From assembly GCA_031554075.1 (NCBI GenBank), contig JAVBKJ010000011.1, forward strand, positions 1-62,586: a stretch of DNA of 62,586 bases. The letters run 5' to 3'. The translations under genes were made by a program, and so were the position numbers. The DNA comes from Oscillospiraceae bacterium. GTDB lineage: Bacteria > Bacillota > Clostridia > Oscillospirales > UBA929. This document shows, piece after piece, positions 26,497 to 37,193 of this stretch. Within the stretch, counting starts at the first letter, position 1; each line of letters begins with the position of its first letter. Under the pieces are notes generated by a model. It had not been told where the DNA came from. It ran no database searches and saw only the letters and a program-made list of their open reading frames with translations.

Positions 26497-28389
26497 CTAA
26501 AAAGACCAAGAGGGTATCCACTTTAGGACATGCTGAATGTACCAAAGTGGTGCTTCTACACCAGAAATTATAGGATAAAACAGGGCAAATAATACCACAG
26601 AAACACAGGTGAGCACAATCACACTATTGCGCCCTTTCGCCGTCGGCGCATATGTTGTGATACGCCAAAAGACGTAACCAAACGCCAGCACTAAGAACAC
26701 AGAGGCAGGAAAGTAGTGGTATGCAAACGTAATCCGCGATACTAGCATCCAGGGGAGCATAACGGATATATAACAAATCAGAGGGAACAACGCGTTAAAA
26801 TGCTTATGCTTTACAAATCCAACGACACAGGCGGCGAGCGCCGCCAATCCGCCCCATGCTAATAGGGGATTGGACAGACAGGAGAGCGAGGAGGCGGTTT
26901 TTAGGACGTCATCTGCTTGGTAGAAGTAGCAAATAGGTCGTCCATCGACAATCCATTGAAACCAGCGAGACTGATAGGGATGGGTGTCTGTCAGGCGGCT
27001 ATGGTAGTCAAACATATACGTCTGGTTGCGTGAAAATTCGTCCCATAGCGGTGCAAATGACACTGCATGACCCTTTGCTTGAATGAGTGGGATATAGCTT
27101 GCGAAATAGATGCCAAACGGAATTACGATGAAAAACAGCACCGACGCCAGCAAGGTCACCACCAAAAAGCCCAGACTACTGCGCCCAGACACACTGGTTT
27201 CGCGCACTCTGGCAACGAGCTTCCAGACATATAAAAACACCAAACCAATGCCCGCGTAAGCACAACTCCACTTGGCCGCGATGCCAAGCCCAAAGCTTAA
27301 CCCGCATAAAAACAGCGGCAACAGCGTGTGAAGCACAGGTGTGCTGTTAGGTTGCGTGATATAGCGGTGCATAAAGAGGAACATCAGTAGCACAAACAGC
27401 ACGTTGTAGACGTCAATCGTGGCGATGCGCGTTTGCGTGAAGTGCATAAAATCGGTGGCAAATAGGATGGTCGCACAAGTGGACACTAAGGTACTATGAA
27501 ACAGTTGTTTAAGCAACAAATACAACAGCGGCAACATCAGAATGCCGCACAGTGTGCCAATAAAACGCCAACCAAAGGGGGTCATGCCAAATAGTTTTAC
27601 CCCGACCGCAATCATTTCCTTGCCCAGCGGCGGATGGGTGATTTCGTAGGGGAAAATGCCATTGGCAATCTCATAGGCGGCGCGCGCATGGTAAATCTCG
27701 TCAAAATAAGACCCGTTTTGGATACTGCGCTCCGAGGGGATAACGGACTGCTCGTCAAACAGCACGGAAGCCGTTGTGGGGCTAACGCTAACAGGTGTCA
27801 CGCGCTGTCTTGTGCCATCAGGTGCCACAGCGATGAGGCAGACCTCACCAAGCTCCAATGGCAGTGTTCTGGCGGTAATGCGGACGTAACGCGTTTGGGC
27901 AAGTGGCATCGCCAATGTGGCATGACGCCACGAAAACACTTCGGAATATGGTTGCTGCATCGAGGGTTGGGGCGTAAACGTCGTGCCGTCTTCTGAAAAT
28001 GCTAGCTCATAATGTGTGCCTTTGTCTGCCCCATGGTACGTCCCTGTGTAGTAAAACACGGTGTCAAGCTGCACAGGCTTGCCAAGATCAATCACAATAT
28101 GGTCTTCCGTTACTGTTGGCTTCCAAAAGGTTTGGGGCGCCGTTACATTGCCAAGCAAAGCGAGCGCAATGACACCGTATAACACCGTAATCATCGTCAT
28201 CGGCAGGATATCATGGGTTGTCAGTTTCCCGCGTGTGGGGATATTGAACAGGTTAGGACCTTCGCGTATCCAAGCAAGCGGATCTCTAGGCTCTGAGGGT
28301 TGCCGAAAATATCGGACAAACCACACACCTAGAAACAGGAGCAGTAACACAGGAAATAAATACACGATAAATTGTATGTCCAACCCCAT
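26497..28389 (-). CDS. GT39 (PMT-type) phospholipid-carrier-dependent glycosyltransferase with an extracytoplasmic discoidin (F5/8 type C)-like insert
   Basis: 630 aa and polytopic. The segment after TM1-2, VIDLGKPVQLDTVFYY...YELAFSEDGTTF...TRYVRITART, resembles a galactose-binding-like domain. The remainder resembles PMT/PMT_2 membrane cores. Confidence 0.65.
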   Translation of the reverse strand: MGLDIQFIVYLFPVLLLLFLGVWFVRYFRQPSEPRDPLAWIREGPNLFNIPTRGKLTTHDILPMTMITVLYGVIALALLGNVTAPQTFWKPTVTEDHIVIDLGKPVQLDTVFYYTGTYHGADKGTHYELAFSEDGTTFTPQPSMQQPYSEVFSWRHATLAMPLAQTRYVRITARTLPLELGEVCLIAVAPDGTRQRVTPVSVSPTTASVLFDEQSVIPSERSIQNGSYFDEIYHARAAYEIANGIFPYEITHPPLGKEMIAVGVKLFGMTPFGWRFIGTLCGILMLPLLYLLLKQLFHSTLVSTCATILFATDFMHFTQTRIATIDVYNVLFVLLMFLFMHRYITQPNSTPVLHTLLPLFLCGLSFGLGIAAKWSCAYAGIGLVFLYVWKLVARVRETSVSGRSSLGFLVVTLLASVLFFIVIPFGIYFASYIPLIQAKGHAVSFAPLWDEFSRNQTYMFDYHSRLTDTHPYQSRWFQWIVDGRPICYFYQADDVLKTASSLSCLSNPLLAWGGLAALAACVVGFVKHKHFNALFPLICYISVMLPWMLVSRITFAYHYFPASVFLVLAFGYVFWRITTYAPTAKGRNSVIVLTCVSVVLFALFYPIISGVEAPLWYIQHVLKWIPSWSF

Positions 28390-28472
28390 TGTTCAACCTC
28401 TTTTGGCTACAAATTTCTAAAATACGATACGAATGTCAGGTGTCAATATGTTGTATAATTTGTGTGGTCGTA

Positions 28473-29591
28473 TTACTTCCACTTTTCCCAAAACGACTTA
28501 TGTTTTGGATTTTGTGAGCTTGACATTTCCTCAAACTCACGCAACAGCTGTTTCTGCTGCTTGGTTAGATTGGTCGGTATCTCGACTTGAATATGGACAA
28601 ACTGGTCGCCGCGTGCCTTTGAGCCGAGGGCTGGCACGCCCTTGGACTTTAGACGAAATACCGCATTGTTTTGCGTGCCCTCTGGCATGGTGTACTTCAC
28701 TTTGCCATCCAGCGTGGGCACTTCTAACTCTGCCCCTAATGTTGCTTGCGTAAATGTGACAGGCAATTCACAATGGATACTGGTGCCATCACGAGAAAAT
28801 AATGGGTGCGGCGAGACTTGTACTGTGACAAGCACATCGCCAGAAGGTCCGCCGTTGGTGCCTGCATTGCCTTGACCGCGCAGACTCACGGTTTGCCCGT
28901 TGTCAATCCCCGCGGGTATCGTGACCGTAATGGCGACTTTATGACGTGTTAACCCAACACCCTTACAAACGGTGCAAGGGTTCTTAATAATCGTACCGCG
29001 CCCGTTACAGGTCTGACAGGCTTGTGTGGTGGCGACTTGCCCGAGAGGGGTACGGCGTACCGCCCGTACCTGCCCTTGACCACCGCAGGTGGTACAGGTT
29101 TCGGGTCTGGCAGAGCCTGCCGCGCCCGTGCCGGCGCAGGTGTCGCAGTTTTCAATCCGATTGACCGTAACGTCCTTTGACACGCCAAAGCACGCTTCTT
29201 CAAACGTTAGCGTCAGGTTGGCACGTACATTATCGCCGCGTGTCGGCGCGTTACGGCGTTGCGTACTGCTGCCAAAACCACCGCCAAAAAACGACTCAAA
29301 AATAGAGCCAAGGTCAAAATCTTCAAAGCCTTGGCTATAGCCGCCACCATATCCCTGTTGCTCATTGCCAGCGTGTCCAAAGCGGTCATAGCGACTGCGC
29401 TTTTCGGTATCTGACAACGTTTCGTAGGCGGCGTTTACCTCCTTGAACGTTGTTTCCTTTGCGGCATCGCCGGGGTTTAAGTCTGGGTGATTTTCTTTTG
29501 CAAGTCGGCGATATGCCTTTTTAATGTCATCGTCGTTCGCGTCCTTCGACACGCCCAACACTTCGTAGTAATCGCGCTTTTGGTCTGCCAA
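28473..29591 (-). CDS. dnaJ: Molecular chaperone DnaJ
   Basis: J-domain DYYEVLGVSKDANDDDIKKAYRRLAKENHPD, a G/F-rich linker and four CxxCxGxG zinc-finger repeats. Confidence 0.95.
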   Translation of the reverse strand: MADQKRDYYEVLGVSKDANDDDIKKAYRRLAKENHPDLNPGDAAKETTFKEVNAAYETLSDTEKRSRYDRFGHAGNEQQGYGGGYSQGFEDFDLGSIFESFFGGGFGSSTQRRNAPTRGDNVRANLTLTFEEACFGVSKDVTVNRIENCDTCAGTGAAGSARPETCTTCGGQGQVRAVRRTPLGQVATTQACQTCNGRGTIIKNPCTVCKGVGLTRHKVAITVTIPAGIDNGQTVSLRGQGNAGTNGGPSGDVLVTVQVSPHPLFSRDGTSIHCELPVTFTQATLGAELEVPTLDGKVKYTMPEGTQNNAVFRLKSKGVPALGSKARGDQFVHIQVEIPTNLTKQQKQLLREFEEMSSSQNPKHKSFWEKWK

Positions 29592-29703
29592 AACTGGTTC
29601 CTCCCCTTATTCTCATTCACGTGGTCGCGCTGTTATCGTCGGCGCGTACGGCACAACTGCCGCGGATTGTCGCACCCGTATGTCTATGACAATTCGTTAC
29701 GTA

Positions 29704-30819
29704 TTATTGTCGCCAAAGTGCTTTCAGCGGTGTTTCCAGCGTAAAATCTAGCTCTTGCATCATGGTTTCGATTTGCCCCACGCTTTCGCCGCTCCACCCG
29801 TAAGCACCAAAGGCGCGCCCTAATCTCTTTTTCGGGGCAAGCCCCTTCATGTAGCTTAGCAAAGCCGCCATGGTGGGCATGACTTGCTTGTTGAGGGTGG
29901 GCGAGCCGAGGGCGATGTAGGAGGCGTCTAGCACTGACGCCATCACGGTGGAGACATGCGTTGCTGACATGTGGAACATGGTAACCTCGTAGCCCTTTTG
30001 GCGCAACGAGTACTCAATCTCTTCTGCCATACTTTTTGTCGCACCCCACATGGTGTCAAAGGCAATGACCGCCTTTTTCGGGTCGGTAACACCTGTCGCC
30101 CATTGGTTATATTTTTCGACCAAGGGCGCAATATTGTCTTTAATGCACACGCCATGACTGGGCGCAATCAGCGACAGCGGTTTCCCCTGTAGCTGACCGA
30201 GTATCCGTGAGACAGGCATCCCAAAGGGGAGAACAATATTTGCGTAGTAATCCGTGGCACGTTCGAGCAGAATCTCCCACCCAAGCTCGCTATCAAAGTA
30301 AGCGGGGCGACCGATATGCTGACCAAAGGCATCGTTGGAAAACAACAAGGCATCCTCGGCTACGTAGGTAGACATACTATCGGGCCAGTGTACCATGGGC
30401 ATGGGGAAGAAGTGCAATGTTTTCTGACCAAGGGAGAGCGTATCGCCAGCGCCCACGATTTGAAAACGGAAGTCTGCCTTGTAGTACGCGCGCAACCCTT
30501 TTTCGGCGGCCGTGGTGCAAACCACAGTCGCCTTGGGGCAAAGCTGGGCTATCGTTGGCAATGCGCCCGAATGGTCAGGCTCGATATGATTGCACACGAT
30601 GTAATCAATTTCTTCCAAGGGGATAAGCGCACGAATATTGTCAATCAAATCGACTGTAAAGGGACGTTTGACAGTGTCCACAAGGCACTTTTTGTCATCT
30701 AAGATAAGATAGGCATTATAGGTGCTGCCATGCGGCGTCAAATAGCCATGAAAATTTCGGATATCGGGGTCAAATGCCCCAACAGCGTATATGTTTGGTG
30801 CAATTTGTTTATAAGACAT
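29704..30819 (-). CDS. FprA-type flavodiiron protein (metallo-beta-lactamase-like plus flavodoxin domains)
   Basis: NHIEPDHSGA diiron motif and a C-terminal flavodoxin-like domain (AVIAFDTMWGATKSMAE). Confidence 0.8.
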   Translation of the reverse strand: MSYKQIAPNIYAVGAFDPDIRNFHGYLTPHGSTYNAYLILDDKKCLVDTVKRPFTVDLIDNIRALIPLEEIDYIVCNHIEPDHSGALPTIAQLCPKATVVCTTAAEKGLRAYYKADFRFQIVGAGDTLSLGQKTLHFFPMPMVHWPDSMSTYVAEDALLFSNDAFGQHIGRPAYFDSELGWEILLERATDYYANIVLPFGMPVSRILGQLQGKPLSLIAPSHGVCIKDNIAPLVEKYNQWATGVTDPKKAVIAFDTMWGATKSMAEEIEYSLRQKGYEVTMFHMSATHVSTVMASVLDASYIALGSPTLNKQVMPTMAALLSYMKGLAPKKRLGRAFGAYGWSGESVGQIETMMQELDFTLETPLKALWRQ

Positions 30820-30850
30820 GTTTTTCTCCTTCTAAACGGCTGCGGTGTTC

Positions 30851-33604
30851 TTAATCAGTTGTTGTTTCTAGCAAGCCGCAGCACTTTTTATATTTTTTGC
30901 CACTGCCGCAAGGGCAGGGGTCGTTGCGCCCTACCTTGACAGCTTTTCGCACAGGACGGGGACGTGCTGTGCCGTCACCACCGCCGCCGCCTTCGCCTGT
31001 TACTTTTGCCACTTGCTGGCGTTTTGGCGCGTCGTCGCCTCGCAGGCGCACGGTGTAAACCATTTTTACGGTCATATCGCGTATGGCTGTTGTCATGCCG
31101 TCAAACATTTCAAAGCCTTCGCGTGTATACTCCTTGACAGGATCTGTTTGGGCATAAGCACGTAGCCCAATGCCTTGGCGCAATTCCTGCATTGCGTCGA
31201 TATGCTCCATCCAGTGAACGTCCACCGCATGTAGCAGTACAACGCGCTCCATCTCGCGCATAACGGGCTCGCCAAGCTCTTTTTCACGCGCTTCATACAC
31301 AGCGTGGGCGCGCTCTATCAGTCGTTCTTCTACCATTTCCATGGACAATTGCTGTAATTCGTCTTTGGTGTATTGTATTTCGTGTGGCAGCAAAAACACG
31401 CCGACAAATTGCTCTGCTAGGGCATCAATCTGCTTCATGTCCTGTGCGTATCTGTGTTCGCTAAACGACACCGCACTAGCGCGGCGAATGTTATCGTCAA
31501 TCATACTGAGGATTTGTGCGCGTAATTCATGCCCCTCAAGCACTTGTAACCGCTGACCATAGATGATTTCGCGCTGTTTATTCATAACGTCGTCATACTG
31601 CAACACATGCTTACGTGTTTGGAAATTGCGCGACTCTACCTTGCGTTGCGCAGATTCGATGGCATTGGATAGAATTTTTTGGTCAATGGGGGTATCCTCG
31701 TCTAGCCCTAAGGAGTTGAGCATCCCTGTGACACGCTCTGTGCCAAACAGGCGCATGAGGTCATCCTCCAACGAGATGTAAAAGCGTGACGCACCAGGGT
31801 CGCCCTGACGACCTGCACGTCCACGCAACTGGTTATCAATACGGCGGCTTTCATGTCGTTCTGTACCCAAGATGAATAAACCACCCGCCGCGCAAACCTT
31901 TTCGGCTTCCAACGCGGTGGCGGCTTTATGCGCTTCAAACGCTTTGGCAAAGGCGACGCGTGCGTCCAAAACCGTTTGGTCGTCCGTTTCGGCATGACCA
32001 AGCGCCTCGATGATAAGCAGCTCGGTTAGCCCTTGATGGCGCAGGTCGGCGCGTGCCATGTACTCAGGATTACCGCCCAACATAATATCTGTACCGCGTC
32101 CTGCCATGTTTGTTGCAATGGTGACAGACCCGATGCGTCCTGCTTGCGCAACAATCTCCGCTTCGCGTTCGTGGCTTTTGGCGTTTAACACGTTATGCTT
32201 AATGCCCACTTTTTTAAGCTGTGCAGATAACGCTTCACTATCCTCAATCGAAATTGTACCCACCAGCACAGGCTGACCCTTGGCGTGGCACTCCTCTATC
32301 TGATGAATAATCGCGCGTGTTTTGCCTGCCACACTTTTGTACACCGCATCGGGGAAGTCTTGGCGTTTCATAGAGCGATTTGTGGGAATTTCGATGATAT
32401 CTAATTTATATATAGTTGAAAATTCTTCACTTTCGGTAAGTGCTGTACCTGTCATACCTGATAACTTCGCGTACAGACGGAAGAAATTTTGAAAGGTAAT
32501 CGTGGCTAGGGTTTTGCTCTCGTTTTCAACCTTGACATTTTCTTTGGCTTCGATGGCTTGGTGCAGGCCCTCAGAGTAGCGGCGACCAATCATCAAACGC
32601 CCTGTAAACTCGTCAACGATGATAACTTCGCCGTCTTTTACAACGTAATCAACGTCGCGCTTCATCGTGCCGTGTGCCTTTATGGCTTGCTGAATGTGGT
32701 GAAGCAACGTTGAATTTTCGGAATCTGTCATATCCTTTTGGAATGTTTTTTCTGCCTTGGCGATACCCTGTGGGGTTAAGGTGGCGGTACGTGCCTTTTC
32801 GTCTACAATGTAGTCGCCTTCGATTTCGTCATGTTCCTCTTTGGAATCCAACTCTCTCACACGGGTCGCAGTTAGCCCAGCGGCAAACTTATTCGCCAGC
32901 CCGTACAGCGCCGTTGACGCCTCGCCCTGCCCTGAGATAATCAGCGGCGTGCGTGCTTCGTCAATTAAAATCGAGTCAACTTCGTCCACGATGGCAAAAT
33001 GACGTCCGCGCCCGACCATATGTTCCTTGTACGTTGCCATATTGTCACGCAAGTAGTCAAAGCCAAACTCGTTATTGGTGCCATAGGTGATATCGGCTTG
33101 GTACGCCGCACGGCGTTCGTTGGGCTGCACGCCATGTACAATGAGCCCCACAGATAAGCCTAAAAACCGATGAATCTTGCCCATCCACTCGGAGTCGCGG
33201 CGCGCCAAATAGTCATTCACAGTGACAATGTGGACGCCGTTACCGGTCAACGCGCCTAAGTACGCAGGCAGTGTTGCCACTAGCGTCTTACCTTCACCTG
33301 TTTTCATTTCAGCAATACGACCTTGGAACAGCACCATACCGCCGATTAATTGCACGCGATAGGGGCGCAACCCTAACACACGGTCAGCCGCTTCGCGCAC
33401 GGTGGCAAACGCCTCTGGCAAGAGGTCGTCAAGCGTTTCCCCCTTTTCAAGCCGCTGGCGAAACTCTTCTGTTTTTGCCTTTAGCTGAGTGTCGGATAAG
33501 GCGCGGTACTCGCCTTCGAGCGATTCGATTCGTTGAATTTTTGGTTCAATTAATTTTAGTTCGCGCTGACTATGTGTGCCAAAAATCTTATCAAGTACTC
33601 CCAT
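30851..33604 (-). CDS. secA: Preprotein translocase ATPase SecA
   Basis: 917 aa. Contains [14 protein letters not shown] and a [23 protein letters not shown]-like motor. C-terminal zinc motif [14 protein letters not shown]. Confidence 0.97.
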   Translation of the reverse strand: MGVLDKIFGTHSQRELKLIEPKIQRIESLEGEYRALSDTQLKAKTEEFRQRLEKGETLDDLLPEAFATVREAADRVLGLRPYRVQLIGGMVLFQGRIAEMKTGEGKTLVATLPAYLGALTGNGVHIVTVNDYLARRDSEWMGKIHRFLGLSVGLIVHGVQPNERRAAYQADITYGTNNEFGFDYLRDNMATYKEHMVGRGRHFAIVDEVDSILIDEARTPLIISGQGEASTALYGLANKFAAGLTATRVRELDSKEEHDEIEGDYIVDEKARTATLTPQGIAKAEKTFQKDMTDSENSTLLHHIQQAIKAHGTMKRDVDYVVKDGEVIIVDEFTGRLMIGRRYSEGLHQAIEAKENVKVENESKTLATITFQNFFRLYAKLSGMTGTALTESEEFSTIYKLDIIEIPTNRSMKRQDFPDAVYKSVAGKTRAIIHQIEECHAKGQPVLVGTISIEDSEALSAQLKKVGIKHNVLNAKSHEREAEIVAQAGRIGSVTIATNMAGRGTDIMLGGNPEYMARADLRHQGLTELLIIEALGHAETDDQTVLDARVAFAKAFEAHKAATALEAEKVCAAGGLFILGTERHESRRIDNQLRGRAGRQGDPGASRFYISLEDDLMRLFGTERVTGMLNSLGLDEDTPIDQKILSNAIESAQRKVESRNFQTRKHVLQYDDVMNKQREIIYGQRLQVLEGHELRAQILSMIDDNIRRASAVSFSEHRYAQDMKQIDALAEQFVGVFLLPHEIQYTKDELQQLSMEMVEERLIERAHAVYEAREKELGEPVMREMERVVLLHAVDVHWMEHIDAMQELRQGIGLRAYAQTDPVKEYTREGFEMFDGMTTAIRDMTVKMVYTVRLRGDDAPKRQQVAKVTGEGGGGGDGTARPRPVRKAVKVGRNDPCPCGSGKKYKKCCGLLETTTD

Positions 33605-33617
33605 TATAATCTCCTAT

Positions 33618-33971
33618 CTATTGTTCAGCCACCATCATGGCTACCAAATCCCGACGGGATATGTTTATTTTCTGCGCCTCTTGTAACAGTGGCACAATAA
33701 ATTGTTCCTTAAAGGCTTGACGCCTCGCTTCGAGCAAGCGGTCACGGGCGCCTTCTGCTACGTATAATCCCACACCACGCTTTTTATATAGGATGCCCTC
33801 CTGCAAGAGAAGACCGACACCCTTAGCCACCGTAGCAGGATTTATCTGATAAAACTCAGCGTATTGGTTCGTGGAGGGGACAAGCTCATGTTCTCGAATT
33901 AAGCCCGACAAGATGTCATCTTCTAACGCCTGTGCAATCTTTTGAAAAATCCGAGCATCGTTTTTCTGCAT
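33618..33971 (-). CDS. GntR-family (YhcF-like) transcriptional regulator
   Basis: 117 aa with a winged-HTH pattern ...LVPSTNQYAEFYQINPATVAKGVGLLLQEGILYKKRGVGLYV. Confidence 0.75.
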   Translation of the reverse strand: MQKNDARIFQKIAQALEDDILSGLIREHELVPSTNQYAEFYQINPATVAKGVGLLLQEGILYKKRGVGLYVAEGARDRLLEARRQAFKEQFIVPLLQEAQKINISRRDLVAMMVAEQ

Positions 33972-34146
33972 ACGAAAACCACCTCACAATTGCGCTGTAC
34001 CAGATTGCAAACTTGACCTAACATGTCAACGCTAATCATACCGTACAAAAGAAGTGGTTGTCAAGGCGAAAAATATGAACTTTCTGCTTGGCAAGCGATT
34101 CTTTTTGTGTTAGAATTAAAAAACAAGTACTAGTGGGAGGTCGAAC

Positions 34147-35760
34147 ATGAAAGGCACGCTCTTGAATCGCATTCTGGGGACAGTGATTGTACCCTTAGTG
34201 GCCACACTCGTAGTGTTGCTGATACTATTAGTGCTACTACCTTTTGTTAGCAGTTTCGTATTAGTACTCCAATTATTGGCATTTGCCTTACTCGCTGTTA
34301 GCATTATTTTTGTGTATGTTCATGTGCTGGCGATGCAAACACAGTTACAACGGCTCAATGAATGGATAGCAATTCATGCACCCCGCCCCGAACCGACGGA
34401 AGATACAGCATCCCTCGTTGCCGCGATTGATACATTGCAGCTTCGTGTGCAAGCAGCAGAAGCTGCGCCGCCGCCCGTTGTCGTCGCACCGCCGCCTGTT
34501 GTTGTCGACCCACCCAACGTTAACGCATTGGTGGAGGAACGCGTGCTAACACGTGTGGCAGAGCTGCAAGCCCGTTTAGAGGACGCGCAGGAGCGCGAAC
34601 GCGCGAAAAGTCGTTTTCTGGCCAATATTAGCCATGGTGTCCGCACCCCGATGAATGCCATTGCTGGTATGGCAGAGCTTTTGATGGCGCAAAAACTTAC
34701 CAGTACCCAACGGCGGTATGTGGAAGATATCAAACTAGCGTCTAGCTACCTGATGGATATGGTCAACGATTTATTAGATTTATCCGATATCGAAACAGGG
34801 CGGCTCGCGCTCGCCCCTGTGCATTTTTCATTACACCAACTGATTGACAATGTAGCCTCTCTAACGCGCTTCGCTCTTCGCGGCAAACATGTTGGCTTTG
34901 CGCTATCCATGGCACCAAACTTACCCACTGTTCTGGTGGGCGACAGTATGCGTTTGCGCCAGATATTGCTAAGCGTTCTCAATAATGCTGTAAAATATAC
35001 ACTCTCTGGGCATATTAACTGGAACATACTCTGTGATAAAAACAACCTTACGTTCATCATTGAAGATACAGGCGTTGGCATAGCAGAGGAGGAACACACA
35101 GAACTGTTTACGCCGATCAAGCGGCGCAACACGGGCAGACAAAAGGGCACGGCACTCGGACTTAGTATCACAAAGCATTTGGTGGACTTAATGAAAGGAA
35201 CCATTGACGTGCAGAGTGTTCTGGGCAAAGGCACAACGGTGACTGTCACAGTTCCCTATGCGCTAGGTAATCAATCGGATTTGGACAACGAAAATAACAG
35301 ATTCCAGTTTATTTTAGCACCCGCCGCCAAAATTCTGATTGTTGACGACAGTGTTGTCAACTTAGAGGTGGCAAAGGGGCTGCTCGGGCTGTGCGGCATT
35401 CGCAATTGCGACTTAGCCAAGGATGGTCAAACGGCTGTTGAGCTGGCAACCAAGAAGGAATACGATCTCATTTTCATGGACCACATGATGCCGGGCATGG
35501 ACGGTGTCGAAACGACTATCACAATCCACGGCATCAAGCCCGATGTCCCCATTGTCGCCCTCACGGCCAACGTCGTGGACGGGGCAAAGGAGATGCTTCT
35601 AACCTCGGGTATGTCGGATTTCATTGCCAAACCTATCGAAAAGGAAGAACTCAACCGCATTCTGCTGACCTGGCTGCCCACAGATTTATTGGTCACACGT
35701 GGGTCTAGTGACCTCACTGTGATGGATGAATCCAAAGGCGCACAGATAAACTACCGATAG
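34147..35760 (+). CDS. Hybrid sensor histidine kinase / response regulator
   Basis: N-terminal TM helices, a Pro/Val-rich linker (APPPVVVAPPPVVVDPP), H-box FLANISHGVRTPMNAI, HATPase_c (DTGVGI...GTALGLSI) and a C-terminal REC domain (ILIVDD...DLIFMDHMMPGMDG). Confidence 0.85.
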   Translation: MKGTLLNRILGTVIVPLVATLVVLLILLVLLPFVSSFVLVLQLLAFALLAVSIIFVYVHVLAMQTQLQRLNEWIAIHAPRPEPTEDTASLVAAIDTLQLRVQAAEAAPPPVVVAPPPVVVDPPNVNALVEERVLTRVAELQARLEDAQERERAKSRFLANISHGVRTPMNAIAGMAELLMAQKLTSTQRRYVEDIKLASSYLMDMVNDLLDLSDIETGRLALAPVHFSLHQLIDNVASLTRFALRGKHVGFALSMAPNLPTVLVGDSMRLRQILLSVLNNAVKYTLSGHINWNILCDKNNLTFIIEDTGVGIAEEEHTELFTPIKRRNTGRQKGTALGLSITKHLVDLMKGTIDVQSVLGKGTTVTVTVPYALGNQSDLDNENNRFQFILAPAAKILIVDDSVVNLEVAKGLLGLCGIRNCDLAKDGQTAVELATKKEYDLIFMDHMMPGMDGVETTITIHGIKPDVPIVALTANVVDGAKEMLLTSGMSDFIAKPIEKEELNRILLTWLPTDLLVTRGSSDLTVMDESKGAQINYR

Positions 35761-35869
35761 TTTTGCGACGTCTCTTGTGGTAAATAACGGAATACTGGTG
35801 TGCTAATATTGCTTTATTCTACGCGTTGTGTTATTATAAGGGTCGCGCAAACATAATCCTAATAAATGA

Positions 35870-36253
35870 ATGGGAGACACAATGTTTAACGAGAAATTTT
35901 TAGATGTAATAGCACATGACGGGGTTGTATCCATCGTATCATGCGCCGATAATGAGGCTCATGTCGTCAACACATGGAACAAGTACCTAACAATTGCGGG
36001 CGAGGATAGACTGCTTATCCCAGCGGCAGGGATGCGTCACACAGAGAAAAATGTCAATGAAAACGCCGCAGTACAACTTACGTTGGGCAGCCATGAGTGC
36101 ATGGGCTATCGTTCTTTGGGCACAGGCTACTTGATAGAAGGCACTGCGAAATTTTTGGAGTCTGGCGCGGAATACGACATGATGAAAGAAAAGTTTTCTT
36201 TTCTGAGCAGAGTATTGGAGATTACAGTGCAAAAGGTAACACAAACACTGTAA
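35870..36253 (+). CDS. Pyridoxamine 5'-phosphate oxidase-family (FMN-binding split-barrel) protein
   Basis: 127 aa. The overall pattern is typical of small PNPOx-like proteins. The start may be Met5 (35882). Confidence 0.55.
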   Translation: MGDTMFNEKFLDVIAHDGVVSIVSCADNEAHVVNTWNKYLTIAGEDRLLIPAAGMRHTEKNVNENAAVQLTLGSHECMGYRSLGTGYLIEGTAKFLESGAEYDMMKEKFSFLSRVLEITVQKVTQTL

Positions 36254-36271
36254 AGAGAATAGGCTGAATAC

Positions 36272-36312
36272 AAAAAGACGTTAGTGGTTTTGCCACTAAC
36301 GTCTTTTGTATT
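36272..36312. terminator. Bidirectional terminator between convergent genes
   Basis: AAAAGACGTTAGTGG-TTTTG-CCACTAACGTCTTTT (15-bp stem) with A and T tracts on either side. Confidence 0.8.
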
Positions 36313-36314
36313 TG

Positions 36315-37193
36315 TCAGTTGTGTGTAAAGGGGGCGGTCGTCCATGAGACGAGTGTAATGTCCTCAGAGGCAATCAACGCACGCAAATCGTCGTCTAGTA
36401 AAAACTCATATTCCCATGTGCGCACTTGCCATTGCGGATAGTCTTGTAGCATTTGCGCCTGTTGTTTCGATGGATGCAAAAACAGTTCCGAAATGCCTTC
36501 TTTAAGATTGCGAATCAGATTCATATTCGTTGTTTTGACAACCTCATAGCTGGTAATCTCACTATAAGGGAGCGTGCTTGTCAGCAAGTAGTCAATGAGC
36601 GATACCTTGTTAGCGTCGGCATAGGCGACCGCTTGTTCGTGCATAGCCACTAGCGCGGGGGGGATGGCAGGCAGTTTTAACATTTGTTGCATGTTTTCAA
36701 TGTGGCGTGGAAACCGAAAGGGCAAGCGGTGCTTGGCGCAAAAATCAATGACTTCCTTCATAAAAGGCTTGCCTGTGGTGCCGTATAGGCTGCCCATATG
36801 GTTATCGGCATGGGTGGGTACGACACCATTGTTCACCATGTACTGATACTGTGCTTCCATTTCGCGCGCCACGTCGTCTGCCTGTGCCTGTGCCGCAAAA
36901 TCGGCCACGGTTTTGTGAAAACATCCGGTTTCGTTTAACAGAGAGGGAACAGTGGACGCCTCGGACACTGCCCCCCATTGACGCTTCCATTCCGAATTAA
37001 AGGTCAAGTGTAGCCCTACATTTGCAAGTGCCTGTTGCTTTGTGCAGTGGATAGCGTCCTGAGCGGCAGGGCAGGGGGTCATCAGTGTGGTCGAGGAGAG
37101 AACCCCCTTGCTAAAAATTTCGACAATGGCGGCATTGGTTTCTTCGTTTACGCCGAAATCATCGGCATTGATAATTAAGTATCGCTTACTCAC
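36315..37193 (-). CDS. YdjC/ChbG-family carbohydrate deacetylase
   Basis: YLIINADDFGVNEETNAAIVE N-terminal signature. Confidence 0.75.
   Translation of the reverse strand: MSKRYLIINADDFGVNEETNAAIVEIFSKGVLSSTTLMTPCPAAQDAIHCTKQQALANVGLHLTFNSEWKRQWGAVSEASTVPSLLNETGCFHKTVADFAAQAQADDVAREMEAQYQYMVNNGVVPTHADNHMGSLYGTTGKPFMKEVIDFCAKHRLPFRFPRHIENMQQMLKLPAIPPALVAMHEQAVAYADANKVSLIDYLLTSTLPYSEITSYEVVKTTNMNLIRNLKEGISELFLHPSKQQAQMLQDYPQWQVRTWEYEFLLDDDLRALIASEDITLVSWTTAPFTHN

Noticed and set aside
34440-34520. Short tandem DNA repeat (ccgccgcc[c/t]gttgt[c/t]gtcg) in the 537-aa hybrid kinase gene.
   Set aside because: It simply encodes the APPPVVV-APPPVVV linker. The repeat is real, but I see no evidence that it is a regulatory or phase-variable tract.
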